This document shows positions 55,024 to 63,530 of a stretch of 64,000 nt of DNA, piece by piece. Location: the NCBI GenBank assembly GCA_963816145.1, contig CAWFJP010000029.1, positions 352,001 to 416,000 on the forward strand, in the 5' to 3' direction. Below the pieces are notes generated by a model, which did no database searches, was not told the origin of the DNA, and worked only from the letters and a program-made list of their open reading frames with translations. Position 1 is the stretch's first letter. Each line of letters begins with the position of its first letter. The position numbers and the translations under genes were made by a program. This DNA comes from an uncultured delta proteobacterium. Lineage in GTDB: Bacteria > Desulfobacterota > Binatia > UBA9968.

Positions 55024-55388
55024 AAAAAACCAATTTCGATCGTTACCTCGACCGTCAAATGCAGGATTCGGCGTTCGCCGCCCGCTTCAAAGACGCCGGC
55101 GAAGCATGGGATGTCGCTATGCAAATTGCCGCGCTACGCAAGCAGGCCGGGATTTCCCAAAAACAACTCGCCAAGCTTCTCCGAACGTCTCAACAGCAAG
55201 TCAGCCGTCTGGAATCTCCGAGCTACGAGGGGCACTCGCTGAGCATGCTGCGCCGCGTCGCCGATGCGTTGCACGCCCGCATTCGAGTCGTCTTCGAAGC
55301 AACACCATCGTCCGACAGGATGTCGGTAGCGGAACACCCAGCGCCCTACCGTAGAGCCCGCCGCGTGGGCAAACGGCATGGATACTGA
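55020..55388 (+). CDS. XRE-family HTH antitoxin
   Basis: LRKQAGISQKQLAKLLRTSQQQVSRLE..YEGHSLSMLRRVADAL; ATGA overlap with toxin. Confidence 0.85.
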   Translation: MKKTNFDRYLDRQMQDSAFAARFKDAGEAWDVAMQIAALRKQAGISQKQLAKLLRTSQQQVSRLESPSYEGHSLSMLRRVADALHARIRVVFEATPSSDRMSVAEHPAPYRRARRVGKRHGY

Positions 55389-55454
55389 CACTGTTCGAGA
55401 CTCTTTCAGCCCTAATCGAATGGGTGGAATGCGCTTGGCGATTCCCGTAAACGA

Positions 55455-55498
55455 CTTGAACGGAGCGCAGCGGTTGAACGTTGTGAACCACTTGAACG
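55455..55498 (+). repeat. TGAAC repeats at 9/18-nt period
   Basis: TGAAC at 55457, 55475, 55484, 55493. Confidence 0.7.
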
Positions 55499-55500
55499 GC

Positions 55501-56235
55501 TTGGTTGTTAAGTTTGTCACGCTTTGCCTCGCCAGCCTGGTTTTCGTCGCCGGCTGCAACGGCGGCGAAACGCCGTACGGGGGTCAAGACTGGCAAGCGC
55601 AGCGCCAGCGCATGGTGCACGAGCAGCTGCGCGGGCGCGACATCGATAACGCGCGGGTTCTCGATGCGATGCTCGCGGTGCCGCGTCATCTGTTCATTCC
55701 GGAGTCCGAGCGCGGCCGGGCCTACGGCGACTTTCCCGTGGCGATCGGCCACGGCCAGACGATCTCGCAGCCTTATATCGTGGCCTTCATGACCCAGGAG
55801 TTGGCTGTCGAGCCCAGTCATCGCGTGCTCGAGATCGGCACCGGCTCCGGTTATCAAGCGGCCGTGCTGAGTCTCCTCGCCAAGGAGGTGTATACCATCG
55901 AGATCGTCAGCCCTTTGGCCGAGCGGGCGCGCGAGACCCTCGCAAGCCTCGGCTATCGCAACGTCGAGGTGCGCGCCGGCAATGGTTACCTCGGCTGGCC
56001 GGAAAAGGCGCCCTTCGACCGCATCATGGTGACAGCCGCCCCGGACGAGATACCGGCGCCCTTGATAGAGCAGCTCAAAATCGGCGGCTTAATGGCGATC
56101 CCGGTCGGCACCGATAGCCAGGAACTGCGCATCCTGCGCAAAACCCCGGCGGGAATGGTGACGCTCAGAACGCTACCCGTGCGCTTCGTCCCTATGACGG
56201 GGAAACCTCCGGCCGCGGGTGGCGCGGCTAAATAA
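55501..56235 (+). CDS. pcm: Protein-L-isoaspartate O-methyltransferase with lipoprotein-like N-terminus (start uncertain)
   Basis: VPRHLF, GQTISQPY, VLEIGTGSGYQAA, APFDRI.VTAA, VRFVPM; FVAG-C lipobox. Confidence 0.92.
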   Translation: MVVKFVTLCLASLVFVAGCNGGETPYGGQDWQAQRQRMVHEQLRGRDIDNARVLDAMLAVPRHLFIPESERGRAYGDFPVAIGHGQTISQPYIVAFMTQELAVEPSHRVLEIGTGSGYQAAVLSLLAKEVYTIEIVSPLAERARETLASLGYRNVEVRAGNGYLGWPEKAPFDRIMVTAAPDEIPAPLIEQLKIGGLMAIPVGTDSQELRILRKTPAGMVTLRTLPVRFVPMTGKPPAAGGAAK

Positions 56236-56382
56236 AGTTCTCGATGAAAAATCCGGAAGAGCTATCTATTTTTATGGGCTTAGCGTCTGCGGTTCGCGCT
56301 GGTATCGCCGCTATCGATTGTCGGCTTTCGGCCGGTGGCGGTTTCGACGCCTGCGTAAATTGACGATTGTCACGCGACGGTT

Positions 56383-56409
56383 TACGTGGAGCTAACGGAT
56401 TATCACTGA
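56383..56409 (+). pseudogene. Last 8 codons of a deleted HigB toxin
   Basis: YVELTDYH-stop 13 nt before higA; HigB proteins typically end V(E/D)xxDYH. Confidence 0.55.
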
Positions 56410-56422
56410 TTCGAGGTGCGCG

Positions 56423-56737
56423 ATGACTATTCGGAATGATAAGCAGAGAATCGTTCAACCTACCCATCCGGGTGAAATGCTACGTGAGGATTTCCTGCCC
56501 GACTATGATTTGAACGTAACCAGTTTTGCCAAGGCGCTCGGCGTGTCGCGTCAGACGGTCAATGAATTGCTGCGCGAACGCCGGGCCGTGAGCCCAGAAA
56601 TGGCACTGCGTCTTTCTCGCTTGTTCGGTAATAGTCCTGAGTTTTGGTTGAACGCTCAGCGTGCTGTGGATCTTTGGCAAGCGGCAAGAACCATGGGGAG
56701 GAAGATCGAGAGGATCTCGCCGTTGAACGCCGCGTAG
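56423..56737 (+). CDS. higA: HigA family antitoxin
   Basis: PTHPGEMLREDFL, SPEMALRLSRLFGNSPEFWLNAQ. Confidence 0.92.
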   Translation: MTIRNDKQRIVQPTHPGEMLREDFLPDYDLNVTSFAKALGVSRQTVNELLRERRAVSPEMALRLSRLFGNSPEFWLNAQRAVDLWQAARTMGRKIERISPLNAA

Positions 56738-56795
56738 TAACGCGCTCGGTTCAGAAGGATTCTGCTGAATAGATGGGCTCATAAAAAAGTCGCAC

Positions 56796-56991
56796 GGTAA
56801 AGTCCACATGGAATCGTTTCTAAGCGATTCGAATATCGACGGCACCATCTTTGAGCCGCTACGAGACCCGGTAATCTTCGCCCAAGCCCAAGTCGTACTG
56901 GGGGCGGTCCAGTGGCCCAACGGCGCCGATCTGGCACCCGATGCTGATGTATGATGCGATCCGCGAACGCGGTGTATGGTTTTTGGATTAA
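56796..56991 (+). pseudogene. DUF2442-like remnant (5'-truncated, frameshifted)
   Basis: GTIFEPLRDP..FAQ....GAVQWPNGADLAPDA, then +1 shift to MYDAIRERG. Confidence 0.7.
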
Positions 56992-57084
56992 AGCTCGTTT
57001 AAACGGCGGACAGAAGGGCGATGAAAAATCAGGTGCTGCAACAAAGTGCTTGTGTCTGTCGTTTAAGGTTCGAATCGATGATCC

Positions 57085-57196
57085 TATCCCGGCCGGATCT
57101 GACCTTGAACTCTTGAACCGACCACGGACCCCAATTAAAACATTCCGTCCGTCCTGAGTAGGTCGCAAAGACCGTATCGAAGGGCTGGAACGGACC
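57085..57196 (+). repeat. Mosaic spacer repeat A (44-bp core at 57143-57186)
   Basis: CCCCAATTAAAA..TTCCGTCCGTCCTGAGTAGGTCGCAAAGACCGTATCGAAGGGCT plus TTGAAC units. Confidence 0.9.
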
Positions 57197-57461
57197 GAGT
57201 GCTACTTACGAAGGCAATTTTACCGGTGAAAATGACGCTCTAAGGCTCCAAAACACAGTTGAATGGGATGAAAACGGTACGATTTCTGAGAGTTAGGCGG
57301 GCGACCCGGAGAGACGGATGGCCGACCCGGAGAGAATGTCAGACCCCTGGGATGACCTGTTCTCTACTCTACCCGAAGGTGCCGCCGACTCCAGTGGAGC
57401 GAAGAAAATTTGCGTCGAGCCATTGCCGCGCATTTTGTAGTTTTTGAGGGTTGAAGATTTG

Positions 57462-57773
57462 CTACGCGGCGCGGCGGCCCTTGGGTGCTTCGATGGATGC
57501 GAGACTGAGCTTGAGCTTAAATGGCTTTAGCAGCCGGTTGAGCGTTTCCTGGGTCGGATTGTGGCGCGGATGGATCGCCCGCAGGATGTTAGGACTGGCC
57601 ATGCCGACTTTCGTCGAAAACTCTTTGATGCCGATGGCGCGGATAACTTTGCCCAAGGCGATCTGAATCGACACGCCCTCCTCGATGGCCGCCAAGAGAA
57701 ACTCACGAGCGAAAACCGCGTCACGCAGATCCTGAGCCAAACCAACGTTCCAATCCCTACTGCGCCGTGCCAT
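57462..57773 (-). CDS. Addiction-module antidote HTH protein
   Basis: LRD..FAREFL.AA.EEG...ALG.VIRA.G...HNPT..TL..LL; overlaps the toxin stop. Confidence 0.8.
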   Translation of the reverse strand: MARRSRDWNVGLAQDLRDAVFAREFLLAAIEEGVSIQIALGKVIRAIGIKEFSTKVGMASPNILRAIHPRHNPTQETLNRLLKPFKLKLSLASIEAPKGRRAA

Positions 57774-58095
57774 GTTTCACCTCTTTTCTAAAGTCATTCC
57801 AGTAACGTTTTGCCGCGCTGATATCGTTGGATTGCGAGGCTTTGTCGCCACCGGCCAAAAGCAAGATCATCGAGACGCCCTCTTTGCCAAAGTAGAGACG
57901 GTATCCCGGTCCGAAATCCAGGCGCGCTTCCCAGACACCGCCACCGACGGCTTTGTGGTCGCCGAGATTGCCGTTCTCGAATCGCAGCACTCGCGCTTGA
58001 ATGCGCGCTTGCACGCCGACGTCGAGACTCTTCAGCCAAGTCCGGAAGGGACTTTTCCCTTGCGCTGTTAGGTACTCTCGGACGGTCAGTTTCAT
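57757..58095 (-). CDS. RelE/ParE addiction-module killer toxin
   Basis: GKSPF..WL, GNLGDHK.VGGGVWE.R.DFGPGYR.YF, LL.GGDK. Confidence 0.9.
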   Translation of the reverse strand: MKLTVREYLTAQGKSPFRTWLKSLDVGVQARIQARVLRFENGNLGDHKAVGGGVWEARLDFGPGYRLYFGKEGVSMILLLAGGDKASQSNDISAAKRYWNDFRKEVKHGTAQ

Positions 58096-58108
58096 GCTGC
58101 CTGTAAGT

Positions 58109-58122
58109 TATCATATATGATA
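58109..58122. promoter_or_regulatory. Palindromic operator upstream of the killer-antidote pair
   Basis: Perfect 14-bp palindrome TATCATATATGATA, 13 nt before the ATG at 58095. Confidence 0.6.
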
Positions 58123-58152
58123 GTAATCCCTCTGTCGAGAGAGAAAGTTCAA

Positions 58153-58376
58153 ACCCGGGTGCTTATTCAAGCCGTCAAGCGCAACTTCAGATGATATCCT
58201 CCAATAAGGATTTAGCTCGCAAGCTTGGCGCCTTAGAGCGCAAAGTGGAAAGCCATGACGTCCATATTCGATCGCTCTTTGAAGCGATCCGCCAGCTTAT
58301 GACGCCGCCGGAGCCCAAGAAGCGCAAGATCGGCTTCCTGGTCGAAGAGCGCGCCGCGCGCTACGGCAATCGATAA
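58153..58376 (+). pseudogene. Internally deleted ORF6N-family DNA-binding protein
   Basis: TRVLIQAVKRN (ORF6N-like core) joined out of frame to the C-terminal LARKL.ALE.K..HD..I..LFEAIRQLM.PP..KKRKIGF. Confidence 0.7.
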
Positions 58377-58452
58377 CCGGCGTTTGTCTCCGCGTTTTCG
58401 AAATTGCGGCAACGTGGAAGTTTCCCAACAATCTGCAGCGAAGCGCAGCCAG

Positions 58453-58660
58453 CGTTGAACTCGTTGGAACGATGCTAGGGAGCCGGACCGCTGGAACCTA
58501 TGGAACGACTGGAACTGTTGGAACCGCTCAGTCCCTGAGCGGTGTTTGATCGGATAACGCCTTGAACGGACCCCAATTAAAAAACTCCGTTCGTCCTGAG
58601 TAGGTCGCAAAGACCGTATCGAAGGGCTTGAACGATTGGAACGGAGCCAGTTTCTTGATT
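58453..58660 (+). repeat. Mosaic spacer repeat B (TGGAAC tetrad 58492-58524; core 58585-58628)
   Basis: Direct sequence identity to repeats A, D and E. Confidence 0.9.
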
Positions 58661-58791
58661 AGAGTTAGACGGGTCCGATCCGGAGAGCTGAGGCTTGGCA
58701 TCACCATCTCGATTCGCGTAAGATAAGCTTTGTCAGTGGAGTTCAAGAAAAAAGATTTTGCGTCGCTACAAGGCAACGGCCATTTGATTTA

Positions 58792-59091
58792 ATGGGTGTC
58801 GCTGTGGTTTTTGAACGGTTGGTATTTCGAGTTCACGCGATTCAGCGCGTGTACCAACGAAGTATCAGCGAACTGGAAGTCCGGTATGTGATCGCCACCG
58901 GAGAAATCATTGAAGATTATCCCGATGACACCCCTTAACCAAGCCGTCTCTTGCTTGGGTGGCATAACAATAGACCCCTTCACATCGTCGTGGCAGATAA
59001 CTTCGACGAAAAGGAACATGTCATCATCACGGCCTATGTACCCGATTCCGATGTTTGGGAAGCTGATTTCAAAAGGAGAAAGACCTCATGA
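58792..59091 (+). pseudogene. DUF4258 family toxin with an internal TAA
   Basis: FRVHAIQR...GEIIEDYPDDTP-TAA(58936)-PSRLLLG...RPLHIVVA...IITAYVPD...W; stop overlaps the next ATG. Confidence 0.82.
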
Positions 59092-59315
59092 AATGCGTCA
59101 TTTGTAAAAAGGGTGAGACCCGGCCTGGCAAAGTCACAGTCACCTTGGATAAAGAGGGGGCCACTCTAGTTTTCAGAGGCGTCCCCGCGAGTATCTGCTC
59201 GAATTGCGGTGAAGAGTACGTAGACGGAGATATCACCGCGAGCTTGCTAGAATCTGCAGCCGAGGCCGCCCGATCAGGTATCGAGGTTGAAGTCCGCCAG
59301 TACGGCGCCGCCTAG
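59088..59315 (+). CDS. YgiT-type zinc finger / MqsA-like antitoxin
   Basis: MKCVICK.G...VF.GVPA.ICSNCGEEY. Confidence 0.88.
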   Translation: MKCVICKKGETRPGKVTVTLDKEGATLVFRGVPASICSNCGEEYVDGDITASLLESAAEAARSGIEVEVRQYGAA

Positions 59316-59334
59316 GAGATGGAGATCCTTAAAG

Positions 59335-59510
59335 CGTTCGAACGGAACCCGTCCGACTCCGTCGTTGAACGCTTGAACCCTTGAACAGACTCCCCCCGCG
59401 ACCCCGCCCGAATCCGACCTTGAACTGTTGAACGATCCTAGGACGTCTGACCGCTGGAACCTGTGGAACGATTGGAACTATTGGAACGGCCCCTATTCAT
59501 AGAGCCCTTC
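59335..59510 (+). repeat. Mosaic spacer repeat C (TGGAAC tetrad 59455-59487; no 44-bp core)
   Basis: Shares CCCGCCCGAATC with D, GACCTTGAACT with A, and a similar post-tetrad tail with E. Confidence 0.85.
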
Positions 59511-60163
59511 CGGCCGATTGAAGTTCGTGACCCCGAAGGGATGGGCGCAAGAGTTTTGCTTCGGCCGCATCCCGATCAATCAGGCAGATCGCCCACGCAT
59601 GTCAACCTCACAGTAAAACAGGCGTTTTCGCCTTGCCAGGTTAGCGCTCGCTGGCGCAAAGTTTTCCCCAAGATTTCTCTCAGTCGCGCGATTGTTCCGA
59701 TGACCTTGCGCAGCTGACGGGTGGTATTGAAGCTGCAATACCACCAAGCGATGACGCTCACATTCATCGATTCGGAACGAACTGTGATCCCGGACGCGCC
59801 GTTGGCGAGCGCGCGAAAGTCGCCGCAGGGATGGGTGAGTGCCGGGGTCGGAATTTTCTGTTCGGCAGTGGAGGTCGCCGCCGTGCTTTTGGTTTTTCTT
59901 GGCGTGTAAAGCAATAACCGTGCTCTCGGCCATAGCTATGATTCCAGTATCTATGACACGCGTATTCAGAGTTCTATCGATGGCTCCCGGCGGAGCAAAG
60001 CGGTGTTAGATTTCCTTTGCAGGACTCACGATGCCGATGAGACCCAACGAATGTCCGAAACTTGATTGCACCGACCGAACCACGTCCAGCGGGTTTTCAA
60101 GACCCAGGACGCGTAGTTATCCACGCGGGTGCATAGACAGTGCACGACAACCAGGGAGGATCC

Positions 60164-61201
60164 ATGAGCGGCGTTTACGATAACAAGGCCAGGGTGCCGA
60201 GGGCGCCGCAGCGCGGCACAGTTGATTCCACGGCTTTGGTTCCATTGACCAGCGGTTGCGCTGTGAACCTGCGCGGTGAAATGGAAGACTTTGAACGATT
60301 GATCGGAGAGCGGATCGGCAAGCTGAAGGCGGCGGTCACCGAACGCGAAGCGGCGCTCGCCATCGGGACCGAGCAAGCCGAAAAACTCGTTGAGGGTCTG
60401 AAGGCGAGCACCGCCCAACTGGAGGCAACCCTCGCGCAGACGCGAGAGACCGTGGCGCGGAATGATGCCGAGCGCCGGCAAATGGAAGAAAGTCTCACCA
60501 CGAAGATCACCGCTTTGCAGCATGATCTAGGCAGCAAGGATGAGGCGCTGGCGCGCCGCAATGAGGAGAACAACGATCTCAAGTCCGTTATCGAACGCGG
60601 CAAGGAACAGGTCGAAGCGCTGGAGTTCAACCTTAACAAAACCGAAGAGACCTTACGCGCAAAAGAAGCAACCATCCAAGGGCTCGAACAAGAGCTGTCC
60701 GGCAAAATCGAAGAGTTCCAGGGAGTGCTGAATATCAAAGAAGGGCTGCTGGCGGGTCAGGGTGCGGAGATTAACGATCTCAAGTCGCAGGTAAAAGTGT
60801 TGACGAAGGGAATCGCCGAAATGTCCAGCTTCTTTCGCCAAGCGGAAGCTTTCGTCGGCGTGGACCAGGAAGCGGTCGGTGCCGCCGGGCCCGACAAGCC
60901 CGCCGGTAAACCACTCGAGAGTCCGATCAAAACCCAATCAAATGGCACGAAAGAGACTGCCGCGGTTGCAGAGCGCCGGGGCGAGACCGTGTCAGCGGAT
61001 TACTTTCAGCCGATAACCATGGAGCTCGCCGACATCACCGGCGTGATGCCCCCCTTGGCGGCGTTAATCGTCAAGGACCATGTGACCGCGCTCAACGAAT
61101 CCATGGAACAATTTCCCAAGAAGCGCCTTCAGGAACTTTTCGCAAGCCTCGCCAAAGAATATCCCATGAAAAACGGCAGAACCATTCATTCCGCCATTTA
61201 G
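60164..61201 (+). CDS. Long coiled-coil hypothetical protein with a small helical C-terminal domain
   Basis: GGAGG RBS; about 190 aa of E/K/L-rich heptads; C-terminal MPPLAALIVKDHV.AL.ES...FPK.RL. Confidence 0.7.
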   Translation: MSGVYDNKARVPRAPQRGTVDSTALVPLTSGCAVNLRGEMEDFERLIGERIGKLKAAVTEREAALAIGTEQAEKLVEGLKASTAQLEATLAQTRETVARNDAERRQMEESLTTKITALQHDLGSKDEALARRNEENNDLKSVIERGKEQVEALEFNLNKTEETLRAKEATIQGLEQELSGKIEEFQGVLNIKEGLLAGQGAEINDLKSQVKVLTKGIAEMSSFFRQAEAFVGVDQEAVGAAGPDKPAGKPLESPIKTQSNGTKETAAVAERRGETVSADYFQPITMELADITGVMPPLAALIVKDHVTALNESMEQFPKKRLQELFASLAKEYPMKNGRTIHSAI

Positions 61202-61371
61202 CCCGGCACGGGTAAATCCGCGCATCACGCGGTTATCGACTCGCCGGGTTTGATAGTCGAAGACCAAGGCATGTATTAGCTTGCCGAAGCGGTGCTGTTC
61301 TCTATCAACCCGCAAACAGCTCAGTCGTGAAACTGGTGCGGAAACGAAAAGCCGCGTCGGTCCAAGGCAAA

Positions 61372-61686
61372 CCCTTTTGAACAGACCCCGGTCGGTAAAC
61401 CCGCCCGAATCTGTTCTTGAGCGCTTCTTAATCGATAACCCCTGGAACCTATGGAACGACTGGAACCATTGGAACGGTAGCCTTCCGAAACTGTCGTGAA
61501 CCCTTGAACAGGATTTAGTCAGGTAACGCCTTGAACGGCCCCAATTAAAGACATTCCGTTCGTCCTGAGTAGGTCGCAAAGACCGTATCGAAGGGCTTGG
61601 ACGATTTGAACGGCTAGCTTCCGGTTTTGAACCTTTGACCGATTCAGCAAGGTCTAACCGCTGCAAGCTGTGGAACGATTGGAAGA
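61372..61686 (+). repeat. Mosaic spacer repeat D (tetrad 61443-61475; core 61554-61597)
   Basis: Direct sequence identity to repeats A, B and E. Confidence 0.9.
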
Positions 61687-61774
61687 ATAAGGCATGACGA
61701 AACGGTCCCACTCTTGAGCTGGACGGGCGGGGCCGACCCTTTTCATCCCAATGCGCCTGATATATTATTCCGGC

Positions 61775-61954
61775 ATGGCAAAACGCGCTCAACCTCTGTC
61801 ACATTCGCGCATCTCTCCAGTCATCAAAGGCAAAGAGCGGTTGACGATCTGGGAGAGGGCGCGCGGCCGGTGGAAGAAGCGAGAGGCCGACCCGATTCAG
61901 GAATTGAAGAAGATGCGCAGGTCGTGGACGAAGAAAAGCCCATCCCTCCACTAA
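61775..61954 (+). CDS. Putative VapB-like antitoxin
   Basis: 59 aa directly abutting the PIN gene; RGRWK...DP...K.MR..W pattern. Confidence 0.6.
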   Translation: MAKRAQPLSHSRISPVIKGKERLTIWERARGRWKKREADPIQELKKMRRSWTKKSPSLH

Positions 61955-62326
61955 GTGTACACTCTCGACACCAACGCGATCGTTTATTACCTGAAAGACG
62001 ATACCGACGCTGTTGCCGTTTTGCGCGGCGTCTTCGCGCAAGACGCACCCATCTACGTCTCGGCGGTTACGGAACTAGAGCTATTTGCGTTTGCCAACCT
62101 GAGTCGTGATGAGGAATCTCTGATCGAAGACTTGCTGACGACCGTCTCCGTCATACCTGTGGACTCGCGCATTGCCCGACTCGCCGCTCTCATGCGAAGG
62201 CACTACCGAATCAAAGTCCCGGACAGCATTATCGCTGCGACGGCGATATTTACCGGCAGCACACTACTCACCCGCAATACGCGGGACTTCCGAAAGATAC
62301 CGAACCTTGCGATACGCAAGATTTGA
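61955..62326 (+). CDS. vapC: VapC/PIN domain toxin
   Basis: LDTNAIVY, SAVTELEL, PDSIIAATA, LLTRN.RDF. Confidence 0.9.
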   Translation: MYTLDTNAIVYYLKDDTDAVAVLRGVFAQDAPIYVSAVTELELFAFANLSRDEESLIEDLLTTVSVIPVDSRIARLAALMRRHYRIKVPDSIIAATAIFTGSTLLTRNTRDFRKIPNLAIRKI

Positions 62327-62487
62327 GGGCCAACAACGTCATATCGCCAGCGGTGGTCAAAGAGCCACCCAGCCGCGTTGGCAGAATTCCGCAAATAAAG
62401 AATCACGGCACCTGCGTTGCCTTCGGCAGGGGGCACGCTTTTGTTGCGGCACGGGGGAGAATTCAACGAGCCGCCGTGTTTCCGGCC

Positions 62488-62742
62488 TTGAACCCCTTGA
62501 ATGTTTGAACGGAACTACGAATTCTAACCGCTACTAAAAAATTCCGTCCGTCCTGAGTAAGTCGCAAAGACCGTATCGAAGGGCTTGAACGATTTGAACA
62601 GAGCCAGTTCCTTGATCACGAACACGGCCGTTCCTCCCATCCTCCCCGAATCTGAACGTGTGAGCGCTTCTTGATCGGTACCCCCCTGGAACCTATGGAA
62701 CATCTGGAACCATTGGAACGTCCCCTGTACAATAGAACCCTT
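62488..62742 (+). repeat. Mosaic spacer repeat E (core 62542-62585; tetrad 62687-62719)
   Basis: Direct sequence identity to repeats A, B and D. Confidence 0.9.
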
Positions 62743-63037
62743 GCCACCTCCCCGCCGATTCCAGTAGAGTGACGAAAATTTCGGTCGAGTCATTCCCCGG
62801 AATTCTTCGTTTAGAGCGGAGCGCCAGTCCCCAGATTTGCCAAGCTAAGTCGAAGGACATGGCTTTAATGTTTTGCGGGAATGGAATCCGTAACTCGGAT
62901 GGGTGATTCTAAGTTTCGGGTATCGTGTCGATCGGTATTCCTAAACTGACGGGTAAAATTGTTACTGGCAATGAAGGTCGTGTAGTAAGACTCTAACCCC
63001 GACGCCCTGATTGCGTTAAGCAAATTAAGCAAATCGT

Positions 63038-63526
63038 ATGGCCGAGCTTACGTTGAACGAGATTCTCGACACTGTCGGCTCCGTGCAGAGCGCCTATCAC
63101 AAATTGGTAATCCTTGCCGGTTCACCGGGGTCCGGCAAGACGCGGTTGTTAAAGCAGCTAGCCGAGCAGCTTAATCTGCCGGTCATTAACCTAAGTCTGA
63201 AAATGAGCGAAAAACTCTTGAGTTTGACCAAGCGCCAGCGTCAATTGAAGGCCGGGGAGATCGCGATAGACGTGATTGACGAGCAGGACGGGCGCAGCGT
63301 ATGCCTGGACAATACCGAATTACTATTTGAATCGACCTTGCGCCTGAATCCGCTCGTTTTTCTCCAGGATATTTCGCGCAATCGCCTCGTCGTATCGTCG
63401 TGGAATGGAACTTATGATGGCAAACATTTGAGCTTTGGCTACCACGGTCACCCTGACTTTTTTCAGCAGGCACCAAGCGGATACCCTGTCTTTTCCGTCT
63501 CGGACAACCAGGTTGAAAGGATTTGA
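63038..63526 (+). CDS. brxF: BREX type 3 P-loop protein BrxF
   Basis: YHKLVIL.G..GSGKT, INLSL.MS..LL, LDN.ELLF...L.LNPL..L..ISRNR..V..WNG, Y..HPD. Confidence 0.85.
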   Translation: MAELTLNEILDTVGSVQSAYHKLVILAGSPGSGKTRLLKQLAEQLNLPVINLSLKMSEKLLSLTKRQRQLKAGEIAIDVIDEQDGRSVCLDNTELLFESTLRLNPLVFLQDISRNRLVVSSWNGTYDGKHLSFGYHGHPDFFQQAPSGYPVFSVSDNQVERI

Positions 63527-63530
63527 ACTA

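Noticed and set aside
58936-58938. Recoding of the internal stop in DUF4258
   Set aside because: The codon is TAA at a probable Tyr position, so a nonsense mutation or sequencing error is simpler
59576-59933. Two overlapping minus-strand ORFs
   Set aside because: No recognisable motif or clear RBS, and I cannot decide which, if either, is real
61064-61792. ORFs 61064..61792, 58233..58610, 58528..58776, 62524..62793, 53501..53788 and 49955..50212
   Set aside because: They are largely translations of the repeats (FQWFQSFHRF, RPTQDER, MPAKAGIH), not credible proteins
57143-62585. 44-bp repeats as a CRISPR array
   Set aside because: Copies are 1-3 kb apart with whole genes between them, and there are no cas genes
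57085-62742. Canonical integron attC sites
   Set aside because: Isolated GTTAGGC (57292), GTTAGAC (58664) and TCTAAC motifs occur, but I found no paired RYYYAAC...GTTRRRY boxes and no intI; a formal IntegronFinder run is still needed
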